A DNA stretch of 64,000 bases from Anthoceros angustus. Lineage: Eukaryota; Plantae; Anthocerotophyta. The notes beneath the pieces are model-generated. The model did not search any database, was not told the origin of the DNA, and was given only the letters and a program-made list of their open reading frames with translations. Positions 1 through 12,800 of the stretch are shown in pieces. The stretch covers positions 558,001 through 622,000 of the forward strand of contig VJWM01000126.1 in NCBI GenBank assembly GCA_010909165.1, given 5' to 3'. The stretch's first letter is position 1; the number at the start of each line of letters is the position of its first letter. A program made the translations under genes and the position numbers.

Positions 1-1290
1 GGGTGCAACCGGGCATTCGGGAACCAAGGGAGGCTCGGTGGATGAACCCGTGGCTAGCCCGGAGGAGGCATGCCGAGCACGAGGTCGGACTTTGTCCTGA
101 CCCGAGGAAAGGCCGATCCCGAGGTCCGCCTCAAGGAAGTCCGACTTAGGGATCCAGACTCAGTGAGTCCGACCCGAGGTCCGGACCCTGTGGAAGGGTT
201 GGGTCCAAGACCGACCCCAGAGGCCCGGCCCCGAGGACCTGACTCAAAGAAGGCCGGACCTAGAGGTCCGGACCCGGAGGAAGGCCGGACCTAGAGGTCC
301 GGACCGAGTCGAGACAGTGGTCCCGAGGTCCAAACTCGGGAGTGGGGAGAGCCACCACACCAACCCCAGCAGATCCAACCTTGAGGGCCCACGCAGGGCC
401 CGCCAGAGAGAGAAGAGGGAGGACGAGGAAGACTTGGTGGTGATCGTTGTCGGCCGCACCGCCGTGGCGCAGGCTGCACTGAAGAGGAAGGGTCCGCCTC
501 GCGGATCATCCGATTGGGTGCATGACCGGAGGCTCGGCTTTGGGCCGCCGGTGCCAAGAAGGAATCAGGGGCTATCCACCACCACCGACCACGCGATAGG
601 TGAATAGGCAGGTAGTAGGCGGCCGGTTAGGCACACCGAAATGGCCCTCACCGTAATAGAGGTGTAATAAAGGCGCCGACCTTCGAGTATAAGAGGGCTA
701 AGGCCTAATAAATCATCTTTCTCTTGGTGTTGATGCGCGTTCTTGCGGACCTTTGTGTGTCTTCTTGCTAACGTGAGTCCCGAGTCACCGAAAGGTGCAC
801 GGCTCCCGGGAGATTGATCGGTCCCGTGACGACCTAACGTGTTGTGGTGTGGAAGGGTGATCGGACCCGTGCTCGTCGGGCAGCGGCCCGGCAGACGTGG
901 GCGTGTGGCCGGAGGAACTCGGGAGGCGTCTGAGCCGGAGGAACTCGGGAGGCGTCTGAGCCGGACGGAGAGGCCCGCGAACGACGAGGAGGTCCGACTG
1001 TAACCCGCGCTGCCTTTTCTAAGACCGATGAGTGTAGCGTGAGGGAGAGAGGAAAGGACCGGATGTGTGAGTGACGAATGTGAACGATACGGACGCGAAC
1101 GGGTCCTTAAACGCTTGGCCATACCGGCCCCAGACGGTGAACGCGAGTAGTTAGGAGTATGTGCGTGAGGCCGAACGAGCGCGGTAGGAATCACCAAACG
1201 TAAACGGAGCCTATCATTCCCCTTGGGAACGGACTTCTTCCTACAACGACACGGGATTGTGCGCTATAGCCATCACCGAAAGTCGCCACA
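1..1290. mobile_element. End of a GC-rich LTR-like insertion, cut by the window start
   Basis: Ends ...GTCGCCACA at 1290, where array-unit sequence resumes (cttctctc..cattgttcctccaaaac, cf. ~35796 and ~47412). Its terminal ~90 bp are the reverse complement of the start of the 25076-26882 insert. Short internal tandem repeats (ggacctagaggtcc). Confidence 0.5.
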
Positions 1291-2348
1291 CTTCTCTCCG
1301 CACATTGTTCCTCCAAAACTTTATGTTATCGAGAAAAGCGCATCGTAATGGCATCCATAGTCCAAGGACCGGATATCAATCTGCAATGTTAGATTCCACA
1401 AGGAGTCTCGCACCCTCGAGTCTCATCCCAAAGCTTTGTACCAATGAATTGCAAAAAATCATGCTCAACACCGGTCTCTCATGTGCACCTGTGAATTGGT
1501 GTCACGCAGTGAATCACGGTAGAAAGCAATACTGACCATAGTTAGAATCTAACAATGAAACACTAACCACTCAAAGCTTGAACATCAAGCTTTGAATATT
1601 CTTGAACATCAAGCTCGAATATTCGAGCTTGAATATCGAGCTTGAATATTCGCTTGAACAAGATGCTTGAATATTCAGCTTGAATAACATGTGTGAATAT
1701 TCGTGGGCTTGAACAACATGTGTGAATATTCGTGCTTGAACAACATGCCCGAATATTCGAGCTAACACGCGATCTAAACAACAGCGATGACACACTCCTA
1801 TGGTACACTAGGAACTACCCGTAGGAAAACAAGATGGTGGCACTCGAATCTACTAGTGGAAAAGAGAACAGAAATTAAATCAACTTACTTGACACAGGAC
1901 ATATATCCTCTTCGGGAATATCATACTCCACATCAAAATTTCTTCGACACTTCACAGGATGAAGGACAAGTTTATCGACATCTTTTGCACAGCATGCGCC
2001 CTCCTTACATATCTGCACACCAGCTTTAACCCTCTTGCTCACGGTCTTCTTCAATACTTCAGGAATGGGGGTCCTCTGACCTCTTGGAAGGAGTGGAGCT
2101 TCCTTAGGCCCTTCATGAATCTCCCTGTCACAAGGGGAATCATCGCCATTGGCTTGACTATCACGCACTTCATACACCTCATCATAAGGCGTGACATTCA
2201 AATTTGGATGGACACAAGGTTTGTACACAAGGCATAGACCCCATAGGCACAAAATCAATCGCAGCATGGTGGACAAGGCGAGAATTGTGGAATTCCGCTG
2301 CGCAGGATCTAGTGGGAGGTCTCCCGGTGGACATTATTTAGCGGTCTA

Positions 2349-2521
2349 TGTCGGCGCGGCATAGCATGCCTACCTAGCACATCTACAAAGCTAAGTCACC
2401 AAACACCACTGCGATCTCCTTGGCCTTGGCCGGGAGCAACAATCTTAGCCATAAATTGTCCTTGGCCTATGACCAAGGGCAAGGCTACAAAAGGCTGGTG
2501 CCTAAGAGAGGCAGGCCGGGG
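2349..2521 (-). repeat. Terminal repeat B2 of Gypsy element 1
   Basis: Direct repeat of 3164-3327 (gcatgcctacctag...ggctggtgcctaagag). Confidence 0.85.
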
Positions 2522-2527
2522 GCTGAA

Positions 2528-3163
2528 GTGAAATCAAGCTGGAAAATTCTCCCAACGACAATGCAACGAACCACAAGAACCTCTAGGAGACAAAGACACG
2601 GCGAGGACAGTATGGGCTATTAGAACAAGACAAACATCAACAATCCAGAATCCATGGTGGGTGCCTACATATATAGGCAAAACCCCAGAGTTCTCGATGA
2701 AGTGTCCACCCATATCGATGGTGGGCACTTTATAATCCTACTTTCCTTGGCCTTGAAATAATAATATTTTATGTGTTTAACAGCCTATTCGTCCTTTTCC
2801 TTGATTTATGATTTTTATGTATTTTCTAATATAAATCTATCTATATATGCGTCATGCACGCGCCTTACATGCATAACCATGCATATAGATTGCATGCGCC
2901 ATGACACATCACGCCACATGTCCACATCACATGTCATCCTTCATCTCCATACGTATGCATACATGGCACACATGCATACATGGCATATACATGCAGGCCA
3001 TCCATGGGCCATGTACATGACATCATCAAGCACTTCAGCGGGGCTTATGCGAGATGCTCCGATCGATATCTAGTCATTTCGGCATTCGGGCTTATGCCGG
3101 GATGCTCTAGTCGATATCGATCATAGAGTCTTAGGTGCTCTGTTTCCCATCGACAAGCATGCA
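2528..3163 (-). repeat. Terminal repeat A2 of Gypsy element 1
   Basis: Direct repeat of 13110-13759. Confidence 0.88.
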
Positions 3164-3327
3164 TGTTGCGCCGCGCATGCCTACCTAGCTGTCTACAAAG
3201 CTAAGTCACCAAACACCACTGCGATCTCCTTGGCCTTGGCCCGAGCAACAATCTAGCCATAAATTGTCCTTGGCCTATGACCAAGGGCAAGGCTAAAAAG
3301 GCTGGTGCCTAAGAGGCGGGCCGGGGT
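3164..3327 (-). repeat. Internal repeat B1 of Gypsy element 1
   Basis: Copy of 2349-2521 that abuts A2 at a CA|TG junction. Confidence 0.85.
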
Positions 3328-3449
3328 CGACCCACAGGAAACTTGGAGGCCTAGCCACGGTTTCCCACAAAATTGTCTAGACCATCTTGGCCTAGAAAAC
3401 ACCGCTACCAACGTCCCCACCAGCGAGCGTAGCTTGTCCAACAGCGGTG

Positions 3450-4900
3450 GTTACGAGGAGGAGGAATGGCGTCATCTTCTAGATCCTCATCATCGATGGG
3501 TCTTCTTGTGCCTCTGCTTAAGTAATCTCACCGGGCGCTTGAATCGGAGAGGCATCCTGTTCTTCCACAAAGCGCTTCTGTGCATCGAACTGGCTGAAAA
3601 CAGGATGTACGCCATCCTGTCCAGCATCCATGTCCCGACTGTAAGCTTCCTGTGTTGGATAATTGAAAAACGGTAACTTACAGGAAGTGTAGATGTGCGG
3701 GCTGGCGAGCCTCCTGAGACAGTTGAAAGCATTCTTCTCCTCTCGAGTCCAAGCACGCTGATCAACATGAGGGGTCCTCAGCTTGTTGGTCAGAATGTAA
3801 AACTGCCGAGGCCACCCTACCACATGATGCCCTGTCGCAGATGGTGGAAAACTCGAAACCACTCTTTGAGAAAAATCAAACGGCGAGGGTATGTGTCTCC
3901 CCAGTCAACGAACTCTGCTGGCAACCTCATCCCATCAAACCATTGATGCATTTGGAAGTGATGCTGCAACTTCCTCCATGCACCCTCTGTATAGCTTGTC
4001 CAGGTCCAGGGCAAACGCTTGTGACCCCGGCGCTGGAGCTCAAATAAATCCCGATGTTCCGTGGGATAATGCTCCACCCTACTGTCATGATGCTCCTCAA
4101 CATACAGTAGGAAGATGTGAAGCTCGTCATAACTTGCAGGTGGAATACCTCGTTCCGGGTCATACTGGCGGGAGTAGAAGATGCTCCACTTACCCGCATC
4201 TTCGTCATCCACGAATTGGGGTCCCATCACCGCAAACCTTGCTTGAGTTGGCGGTCATAGCACACCACGGAGGCATTCCAATATCTCTACCTCGCTGCGA
4301 GACCTCCTCCATGGGCTGCATGCGGTGAGAACTACCGCCCTAGGTGCAACCACGAATTTTCAGCACGTGAAGGCCGACATACATGCTGTACGAGTAGGAT
4401 CGAGGTGCGCTCCGGTTGCCTTGGCGGTGGCGGTTGCTCCGCTCTGTGCGGCGTGGTGTTCTCCTGCCGTCGACGGGCCGACCGCTCCTTGATTGGGATT
4501 GCCTCAAACTCCTGCGGCTTTCCATGTTCGCCGACAAAGGATGCTTGCGATCGTCCCCTCTTGCGCTTGGTTGGTGGCACTTCCTCTCGGCGCTTCACCT
4601 TCCGTAATTGTGGATAGGCGGCTTTCGCCTTCTCCTATGCACGTATGAAACGGGCGACCATGGCGCTCCCTATCCAGCTCAAGCAATGAAACCACCTTTA
4701 GAAAACGTGAGGAATTCTCAACCAGCCGATCGATCTGTGCATGCAAAGGTTCCTCTTCCAAAATGAGATGCTCCCTCGCATGTGTGCCCAATTTGCTCTC
4801 GTTTCCGGTAGGAATTAGACCCTTGTCGTGCCTCCTCATGTCTGTAATTCCTCTTTTCACAATTCCTTGCACATGCGAGCGGCTTCTAACAACTCATGCG
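3450..4900 (-). pseudogene. Extra sense-strand ORF 3' of pol, unknown Trp-rich product, frameshifted
   Basis: Chain of overlapping minus-strand ORFs (4504-4872, 4332-4598, 3817-4230, 3518-3862) with protein-like composition. No family recognised. Confidence 0.45.
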
Positions 4901-5054
4901 CCCCTTAGCATGTGCGGATCCCATTTGTGAATTTGGCCCCAAGCATCTTGTGTCCTTCTTCTTTGTACTGTCAAGCTGCTGTTTGACTTCCAACGTGTGT
5001 GAATTTAAGACAACCTCGGTACCACCTTACGAGAGCCACGTTCACACTTAGCAC

Positions 5055-5185
5055 ATTCTGATGCTCACATAGCCATTCTCCTTGGAACACATCCGATCTT
5101 GGTTTGAGGCAAAGCAGATGGTAACCACGGTTACATCACATAGCAACATGAATTCTTCGGTTGTGTCCACACTCCTCCGCAACCG
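5055..5185 (-). pseudogene. PHD finger at the integrase C-terminus
   Basis: Across frameshifts it reads EEC...EEFMLLCD(x)CNRGYHLLCLKPRSDVFQGEWLCEH, fitting the C4HC3 PHD pattern including the conserved W. Confidence 0.75.
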
Positions 5186-5449
5186 TCTGCTGGTGGCGTC
5201 CGGTCGAGGCACGATTCGTGTATCCGGTCGGGCAAATGGCATGGAGCCAAATGCTTCATGTGTTCCTTGCACCTTCGCCATCTCTTCCTTCAAGTTCAAC
5301 CACACCTTGCTCACCAACTCGACAACTCTCGATAAGCCTCCTGTGCGACATCTAACGTGCTTGCGGCTGTTTGCAAGTACACATAATCTCGGATGCAAAC
5401 TTGCGGCTTTGGGCTTCCACGAGCCCCAGCGTATAAGCATACCTCGGTG

Positions 5450-6260
5450 GTCCGATCTTTGGGCCACAAATTGTCCATAGCCATGGGAAGAATTCTTTGA
5501 AATACTTACGCTCGGCTTGAACTTGCGCACACATTTGCATCTTTGCTCCGATCAAGGATGGAGTAAGTGTCCTTCACCACATTCGGCAACAACTGCGTTG
5601 CGTCCGAATAACAAAAAGTATGGTGAAACTTCCAAGAGCGCACCGACCTGTACCCCAACACGATGTAAGGGAGCAATTCATCCCAACACTTGGGCTCCAC
5701 GATGTCGATTTCCTTAGTGCATCCTTGAAGGTTTGCACTAGCCTTTGCCGCCATCGGCTGTGGATGATCCTCGATGTCCTCCCGTGATCAATGAGACTCT
5801 GTCAGCAAGGTGGAATTCACCTCGAAACTCGTTACCACAGTGCAGCACCTCTGCGCACTCCCAAATCGGTGAGCACACTGCAGCTCTGCTGGTGTAATGC
5901 GAGGTTCTCGTGGTAAGAACTTCAACCCACTTAGAGAAATGCTCAATCATGACCATGCAATGTCGGTTACCTTGCTTTGTGAGAGGAAGCTCGGCATAAG
6001 GTCAACCGACCATCTAAAGAATAGCCACGATTGGTAGGGTGCAACACCACATCACAGGTGTTAAATCTAGCTTTGACGCATCACATGCCAGCCCCACCAC
6101 CTTCTCGACATCGCATACATCCCCGAGTCGTACTCTTCAACATGTGGTGTGTCCTCTTCACACCAAAGTGGCCAAGGGTTTCGTGCACCTTGGTCACTAT
6201 GCCCACTCTTTCCTCGGGACTTGGTACTTTCCTTACGAGTTCTCCTTACGCGATGTGACT
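5450..6260 (-). pseudogene. Gypsy integrase (HHCC zinc finger and DDE core), frameshifted
   Basis: TLATLV/LGHFGVKRT, CDAS/CDV, RWSVDL, MVMIEHFSKWVEV, AEVL..GNEFRGEF, WDELLPYIVLGYR. Confidence 0.85.
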
Positions 6261-6479
6261 CACCATCTTCCCATGAGTATCGGCCACGCCTTGAGTTTAG
6301 CCAAGCTGCTTGATCATTCCGACGTGCCTTCCTTCAAGAATCAGTGGCTTGAGGATGTCTCCAAACATCCACGGACTCAGACATGTCCTTCTTCATGATC
6401 ATCTATCACGGCCGCCAGTGCCATGAAGCTGCTGGGTGCACCATCTACGTGCCCCTCATCTGCCGAGCTCTGTGACATC

Positions 6480-7560
6480 CTTGTCACTTTCCAGTGATTC
6501 TGCTTAGCCCATCGCATTGTGATGTACCTTGCACGCCACATGCACGATCTCCATATCGTACTCGAGACGGCGCCACACGGCTAGCTTACCACTCAACTTC
6601 ATGTTGGTCATCACCAATGAAGTGGCGGTGATCTGTGACCGATTAACGCCTTCCATACGGATAGACCACGAAATGCAGCGCCCATACCGCAGAAGACACT
6701 CTCCCTCATATGAGGAGTAGTTCACTTTGAGTTGTTAGATCGGCTTGCATAAGCTATCACTCGCTCAACACCATCTGCACCATGTTGTGACAACACCGCT
6801 CCAATTCCCGATGCTCCATGCGTGTCTGAGTGAAAGGGTGATCAAAATTCGGCTGGCGCAGCTTCTCTTGCGGTCCGAAGATCTTGCCAAGCCAACTCCT
6901 GGTCTTGGTCCCATTTCCACACAATGTCTTTCTTCAACAGCTCATACAGAGGTTTACATGTGGAACTGAGGTCCTTCATAAACCTCCTGTAATAGTTCAC
7001 CAAACCCAGGAAGGCTCTAAGAGCAGCTACATCCTTTAGTCTAGGCATTTGCATCACGGCCTGCACCTTAGCCAGTTGAGGCATGATGCCTCCTGGTACT
7101 ATCTCATGCCCCAGATACTCGATCTGGAAAGCAAACTTGCATTTCTTAGGATGAGCTTTCAAACTGAGCTTGTGACCTCATATCTCTAGATGCTCCATAT
7201 GTTCTTGATTGTCTCACGAAGACCGGATATCATCTATGTAGCAACGCACAAATGGCGACCCTACTCTAGATCCGATTCTTTGGAAATATATAGAAGCATT
7301 TTCAGCCCAAAGCGGCATTGTCTCCCACTCCCAAAGCTGGTCCTTCCCCAGTGTCTTGCACTTGTCCTCTTCAATCACAATTTGGTTGAAGCACAGGCGG
7401 AAAGCGGTAAAGAACTTTGCCTTACCTATGGCATCGAAAATCTCGTCTGGAGTAGGCATGGGGTACCGCTCCATAGGAGTCACCTCGTTTAGAGGTCGGT
7501 GTCGCCACACATCCTCCTGTCCTTCCATTCACCGTTCTCATCCTTCTTGAGCGGTAGGGC
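6480..7560 (-). pseudogene. Gypsy reverse transcriptase and RNase H
   Basis: ORFs 7214-7528, 6842-7162 and 6504-6725 with YIDD, FLGLVNYYRRF and NYSSYEGECL. Confidence 0.92.
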
Positions 7561-7780
7561 GATTGACATATTGAGAGCTTGATTTTCTTATCAACCCGCT
7601 TGAACAACTCTTGACGGCGTTTGTCAACAATCTCCCATTCTCCGAGGCGGTGCCTCCTTAAGACGGGCTCTTCATGAGTCGTCACTACTTTGAACTTGAT
7701 CTTCTCATACCTGACTCCTTCGAATGCAAAAGCACCCTTGTTTTTCTCAAGCATGTTGATGATTTTCTGCTTATCTTCCG

Positions 7781-8790
7781 GCTCACATCTTACGCAATGT
7801 GCCATACATGAACCTCTTCGTCACACTCTTGGTGGGCGATTCGGTATCCACGGCCATCTTGAATCTCTCCCAGACTCATCTTCCTCTGCCTTAGGAACCT
7901 CTTTATCCTGCGTAGTTGGAGGAAGGCTTTCGCTTCCTTCCACGCAAGTTGGAAACATGCTGTGCTCCCACCACCTCGGTGTACAAGTCAAATGCCTCCA
8001 AGCATCCGCATCTTGCAGTTACGTGATGCCCATGGTCCGAGTGTCCTTCTTGGCAAAGCCCATCGCTTGCTCGCGTTCCTCAACATTGAGCTCTCAAGCT
8101 CATTCCCTTCAAATCGAATCACACCATCTCCTCCGGCGAAGGCATAAGATTGCGGTGTGCTCACGAGTTGGCCATGCCCTTGGCTTCCCCTACTCGATTC
8201 ACGGGGTAAAATGGCAACTTGTCCATCCTCTTCACTGTGAGCACCTTCCCAACTCTAGGATGTCATCCACAACCTTCCGCTTGAGTTGTCAAATTCTGTC
8301 TTTGTCGAGCACCTCCGGTCCGACCACATTTGTCCGATGCTGCTGTGTGCATATGAGCCACCGCGCGTCCATGATCAACTCATTGCGAACCACGCCCGAA
8401 TCTCTTCATACGGGGCCCTAACGGTACGCGTTTGTCCATGGTCGCACACATTCTCCGAATGTACCAACATCGTGGATTCGCAATCTGGACTTCTCGCGTG
8501 ATTAAATGCGAGCTCGGCCAGCAACGCCTTCACCTTTGCCTCACTGCTTGCCGAAAATGTCTTGCATTCCCATCCCGCGATCGGCATATCCACCGGGCTT
8601 GACAAGGCTTCTAGCCGCTTCCCAACCGAGTTCACGTCAGGCAGCTGCTCGCGACCTCGAGCGCTTCCTCGCTCATAGTGTTGGATCGCTTGCGAGAACA
8701 CGAGATTCGACCCTAGCGGCTCGAATCTTCTCATCCTTTTCCACGCGGTATATTGCCGTATCTTGGCGCCACCCGCAACACCGCTTCCGG
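7781..8790 (-). repeat. ~1.0 kb tandem duplicate of 8791-9785 (second copy of DNMT motifs II-X)
   Basis: gctcacatcttacgcaatgtgcc occurs at 7781 and 8791; ORFs 8286-8501 and 9280-9495 are identical. Confidence 0.85.
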
Positions 8791-8974
8791 GCTCACATCT
8801 TACGCAATGTGCCATACATGAACCTCTTCGTCACACTCTTGGTGGGCGATTCGGTATCCACAATCAATCTCTCCAGACTCATCTTCCTCTCTTAGGAACC
8901 TCTTTATCCTGCGGTAGTTGGAGGAAGGCTTTCGCTTCCTTGGCACGCAAGTTGGAACGCCGCTGTGCTTCACC

Positions 8975-9900
8975 TCGGTGTACAAGTCAAATCCAAGCAT
9001 CCACACCTTGCAGTTACGTGATGCCCATGGTCCGAGTGTCCTTCTTGGCAAAGCCCATCGCTTGCGTTCCTCAACATTGAGCTCTCAAGCTCATTCCCTT
9101 CAAATCGAATCACACCATCTCCTCACAGTGCAGGCATAAGATTGCGGTGTGCTCACGAGTTGGCCATGCCCTTCTTCCCCTACTCGATTCACGAGGGTAA
9201 AATGGCAACTTGTCCATCCTCTTCACTGTTGTGAGCACCTTCCCAACTCTAGGATATCATCCACAACCTTCCGCTTGAGTTGTCAAATTCTGTCTTTGTC
9301 GAGCACCTCCGGTCCGACCACATTTGTCCGATGCTGCTGTGTGCATATGAGCCACCGCGCGTCCATGATCAACTCATTGCGAACCACGCCCGAATCTCTT
9401 CATACGGGGCCCTAACGGTACGCGTTTGTCCATGGTCGCACACATTCTCCGAATGTACCAACATCGTGGATTCGCAATCTGGACTTCTCGCGTGATTAAA
9501 TGCGAGCTCGGCCAGCAACGCCTTCACCTTTGCCTCACTGCTTGCCGAAAATGTCTTGCATTCCCATCCCGCGATCAGCATATCCACCGGGCTTGACAAA
9601 GCTTCTAGCTGCCGCTTCCCAACCAAGTTCACGTCAGGCAGCTGCTCGCGACCTCGAGCGCTTCCTCGCTCGGTAGTGTTGGATCGCTTGCGAGAACACG
9701 AGATTCGACCCTAGCGGCTCGAATCTTCTCATCTTTTTCCACGCAGGTATATTGCCGTATCTTGACGCCACACTGCAACACCGCTTCCAGGCCACTGCTG
9801 ATTCCCGAGCTCCAACAAATGGATGCCTTGACGCCACACCGCAACACCGCCTGTGCCATCGCCGATTCTGGCGAGCTCCAAATGGATGCCTTGACCCACC
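8975..9900 (-). pseudogene. DNMT3-like C5 cytosine methyltransferase domain inside pol
   Basis: Motifs in canonical order across frameshifts: I GIHLLEL..GISSGLEAVLQCGVKI; II YTCVEKD; III LPDV; IV VDMLIAGWECKTFS; VI WYI.ENV; VIII MDA..GSYAH; IX-X LNVEERE.AMGFAKKDT..GIT.LQ..MLG.FDL. Confidence 0.82.
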
Positions 9901-10319
9901 TTCCATCGTACTAGAGCATCGTCGATGCGTCGATCTCCCGACTTGGCAGGCCTCATACCTGGGATCGACCTCTCAGGACATGTGTCTGTGAGATTCCACG
10001 GTCGATCCTCCTTCCTTCGCTGGTTCTCTCGAACCCTCGCTTGATCCAAATATTCTGAGCGCACAACCTTAAGCACACCCTTCTGCTCTCTTGGCTTCGG
10101 CATCTCCAGAGAGGATAACTCCTGCGTTTCCTCCCACATCTCATGTCGATGCTCACTCGAGCACTGTGGCAATCATGGCCCGTCATCCTCGTCGCTCTTG
10201 CCACCACTCCTATTCATCCTTAGAGGAATTCGCAACATGCGTGAAATCTCCTCTCCACCAGAATGGTCTGTAGAAAGCTTCAGCGTGCAAGGGATCAACC
10301 CCATGGCAGGACGGTGAGT

Positions 10320-10570
10320 TCCGTCCGACCCAGCAAGACATCATATGTCTTTGCCGTGACCAAACATCTCACTTCAACGATCTTGGCATCCTTCGTGCGA
10401 GCTTCAATTCAATCTTCACGGGCCTCCTCGTCATTCCCGACTTCCTTGGTACTGCGGTGGTGATGTTCACGTCGCTCGGAACGAGCTTGTGTCCGTCTGA
10501 CTTTAGTGCCTCCTGCACCGTGCTCCCGAGCGGATCCGCTCCGTGTCTACAAATGCGTTCTCGGAGCATA
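10320..10570 (-). pseudogene. Aspartic protease of Gypsy element 1
   Basis: AFVDT(G)ADP with one indel at ~10545 and VTAKTYDVLLG at ~10330-10360. Confidence 0.7.
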
Positions 10571-10574
10571 GCCA

Positions 10575-12800
10575 TCAAAGGTCACGTGCGTCCGTGTTGT
10601 CAATCATGGCAACACCTCCTTCACCTCGCTCCTCTGGCATCAGATGCTCGCCACACAAACTGGCCATACTAGGAAGAGATCCTGCGGATTCGAGCTCCTT
10701 TCTCAGCCATTCTCGCATGATGTTTTTGAAGTTGTTGCCCTTCACTCCCAGATCCACAAGACTTACTGCAGGCACCTCCATGGCCTTGTCCAGCAACGCC
10801 TCAACGTCTCGACCTGATCTTGACACCTTCTGTGTCGTGGAGTTTTCCTCGACCTGCCGGAAACTCTCCGGCATCTTGGTCGATTCCCGTTCCGGCACTC
10901 CCTTCGCAGTGACGCCTTCACCAAAGTCAACAACAGTCCTTTTCTTTTTCTTGCGCACCGCCATCATGCCAAACGCCTCATCTTCGCCAGTCGAGAACAA
11001 AATCCTCGCTGCATTCTGGCCATGTTGGCCATCTCCTTCTTGAGCTCCTCCACTTGCCCGAGGAGAGCCTTACGACTTGGGCCCTTGCCCTTCTCCTTCT
11101 CGGTGATGCAAGCTTGGGCTTGACTGGATGAGCTTCCCAACACGCTGCCTCCATGTGACCCCATCGCCACAAGACTTACAGCTTCCTTGCCCTTGGACCA
11201 CGGCTTGTAGTCGCATTCCGCCTGCTCCGGCATCGGATGCTCGCCACACAACCGGCCATACTAGGAAGAGATCCTGGATTCAAGCTCCTTTCTCGCCCAT
11301 TCTCGCATGATGTTTTTGAAGTTGTTGCCCTTCACTCCCGGATCCACAAGACTTCTGCAGGCACCTCCATGGCCTTGTCCGAACGCCTCAACGTCTCGAC
11401 CGATCTTGACACCTTCCGGTCGTGGAGTTTTCTCGACACGGAAACTCTCCGGCATCTTGGTCGATTCGCTCCGACTCCTTCGTGGACGCCTTCACCAAAG
11501 TCAACAACTTTTCTTTTCTTGCGCACCGCCATCATGCCAAACGCCTCATCTTCATGAGTCGAGAACAAAATCCTGCTCTGCTGGCGCCATGTTGGCCATC
11601 TCCTTCTTGAGCTCCTCCACTTGCCCGAGGAGAGCCTTACGACTTGGGCCCTTGCCCTTCTCCTTCTCAACCGATGCAAGCTTGGGCTTCAGCTCTGGAT
11701 GAGCTTCCCAACACGCTGCCTCCATGTGACCCCATCTGCCACAAGACTTACAGGCTTCTTGCCCTTCGGACCACGGCTTGTAGTCGCCAACGCCTTTGCG
11801 CTCCACGATCCGCCACACTTCACACCGCTTGACTGCATTGTTAGTGGCCTCTCCTTGGCACATGTGGTGCATGTCACGAGGATGCTTGCTCCCGATCTTG
11901 GTACCTTGGAACAAACACGAATTCCGTGTCCTCCGGACGTCTGCGAAGGGCCCTTCACGACTCGTGATCCTCCAAGTAAGCAGCTTCGCATCTCCTTTGA
12001 GCACCTTCTCGGCAATTTGATAGGCGTCTATCAAGCGATATCTCTCTCCCATCGCTCCATGCGAGTCCATCACCTTCCTTCTTTGTCGCGGGCAATGCGC
12101 CATGAAGATCTCGGCAGCCTCCTCATCGTCTTCACATCCGTGTCTTCCACCAGAACCTTCAATCTGAGGTAAGATGCACGCAATGTCTCATTAGGCTGAA
12201 GAAAACCTCGACAATTCTGGATCTTTTCGTAAGTCAGGAAACATGGTGGTTAACTTGGCGAACATCAAGTCCACCAGATGCTCGAGCTTGTCCTCGTCAG
12301 TAGGGGGTGCAGTCGAACCAGCCCTCTTGGCTGCCTCGTGCACTGCTTCTCTTCTCTCGGCCACCTTCGGATCCCGGCCTTCTCATCTCGTAATACATTA
12401 GAGCCTCACCGCAAGGTAGGATGACATCTTCATGAACGCCATCCTCCGAGTGAACTCGTCCTTGTATTTCATCTTGTTTTCCGCCATTGCCCAACGAAAC
12501 TTCTCCTCGAAATCGCAAGAGACATGCTTCCATGTTTTCCTGTGAAGACATCGTTCTTACTTGGTGTGAACTCAAGCTCCATTCTTGCAGACTCTCCGCT
12601 CCAATCGCCGAACTGTCTCCTTGTGACTGGGGCGTTGTCTCTGTATTGTTCCGGTGTCCTCTTGAATGGCGAGTAGTAGACGTCGTGCACTTCTCCGATC
12701 GAAGGCAGAGTGTCCTCGTCCACCACGATCTCGGGAACACCATCAATGGTTACTTCTCCTATGCTCGACCACGCACGGATGTTGTCAAATGGCAAATTGT
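10575..12800 (-). pseudogene. gag of Gypsy element 1, including a ~0.6 kb internal duplication (10640-11215 / 11235-11785)
   Basis: CCHC knuckle CKSCGRWGHMEAACW in ORF 11552-12103; upstream-most coding position in the element. Confidence 0.75.

Noticed and set aside
1-20. caaccgggcatt similarity to the tRNA-Pro start at 63965-63976
   Set aside because: Only 12 bp, with no A box or cloverleaf following.
7781-9785. Tandem double DNMT domain as a biological feature
   Set aside because: One of many similar 0.5-1.5 kb local duplications in the window with arbitrary breakpoints; likely an assembly artefact or a copy-specific event.
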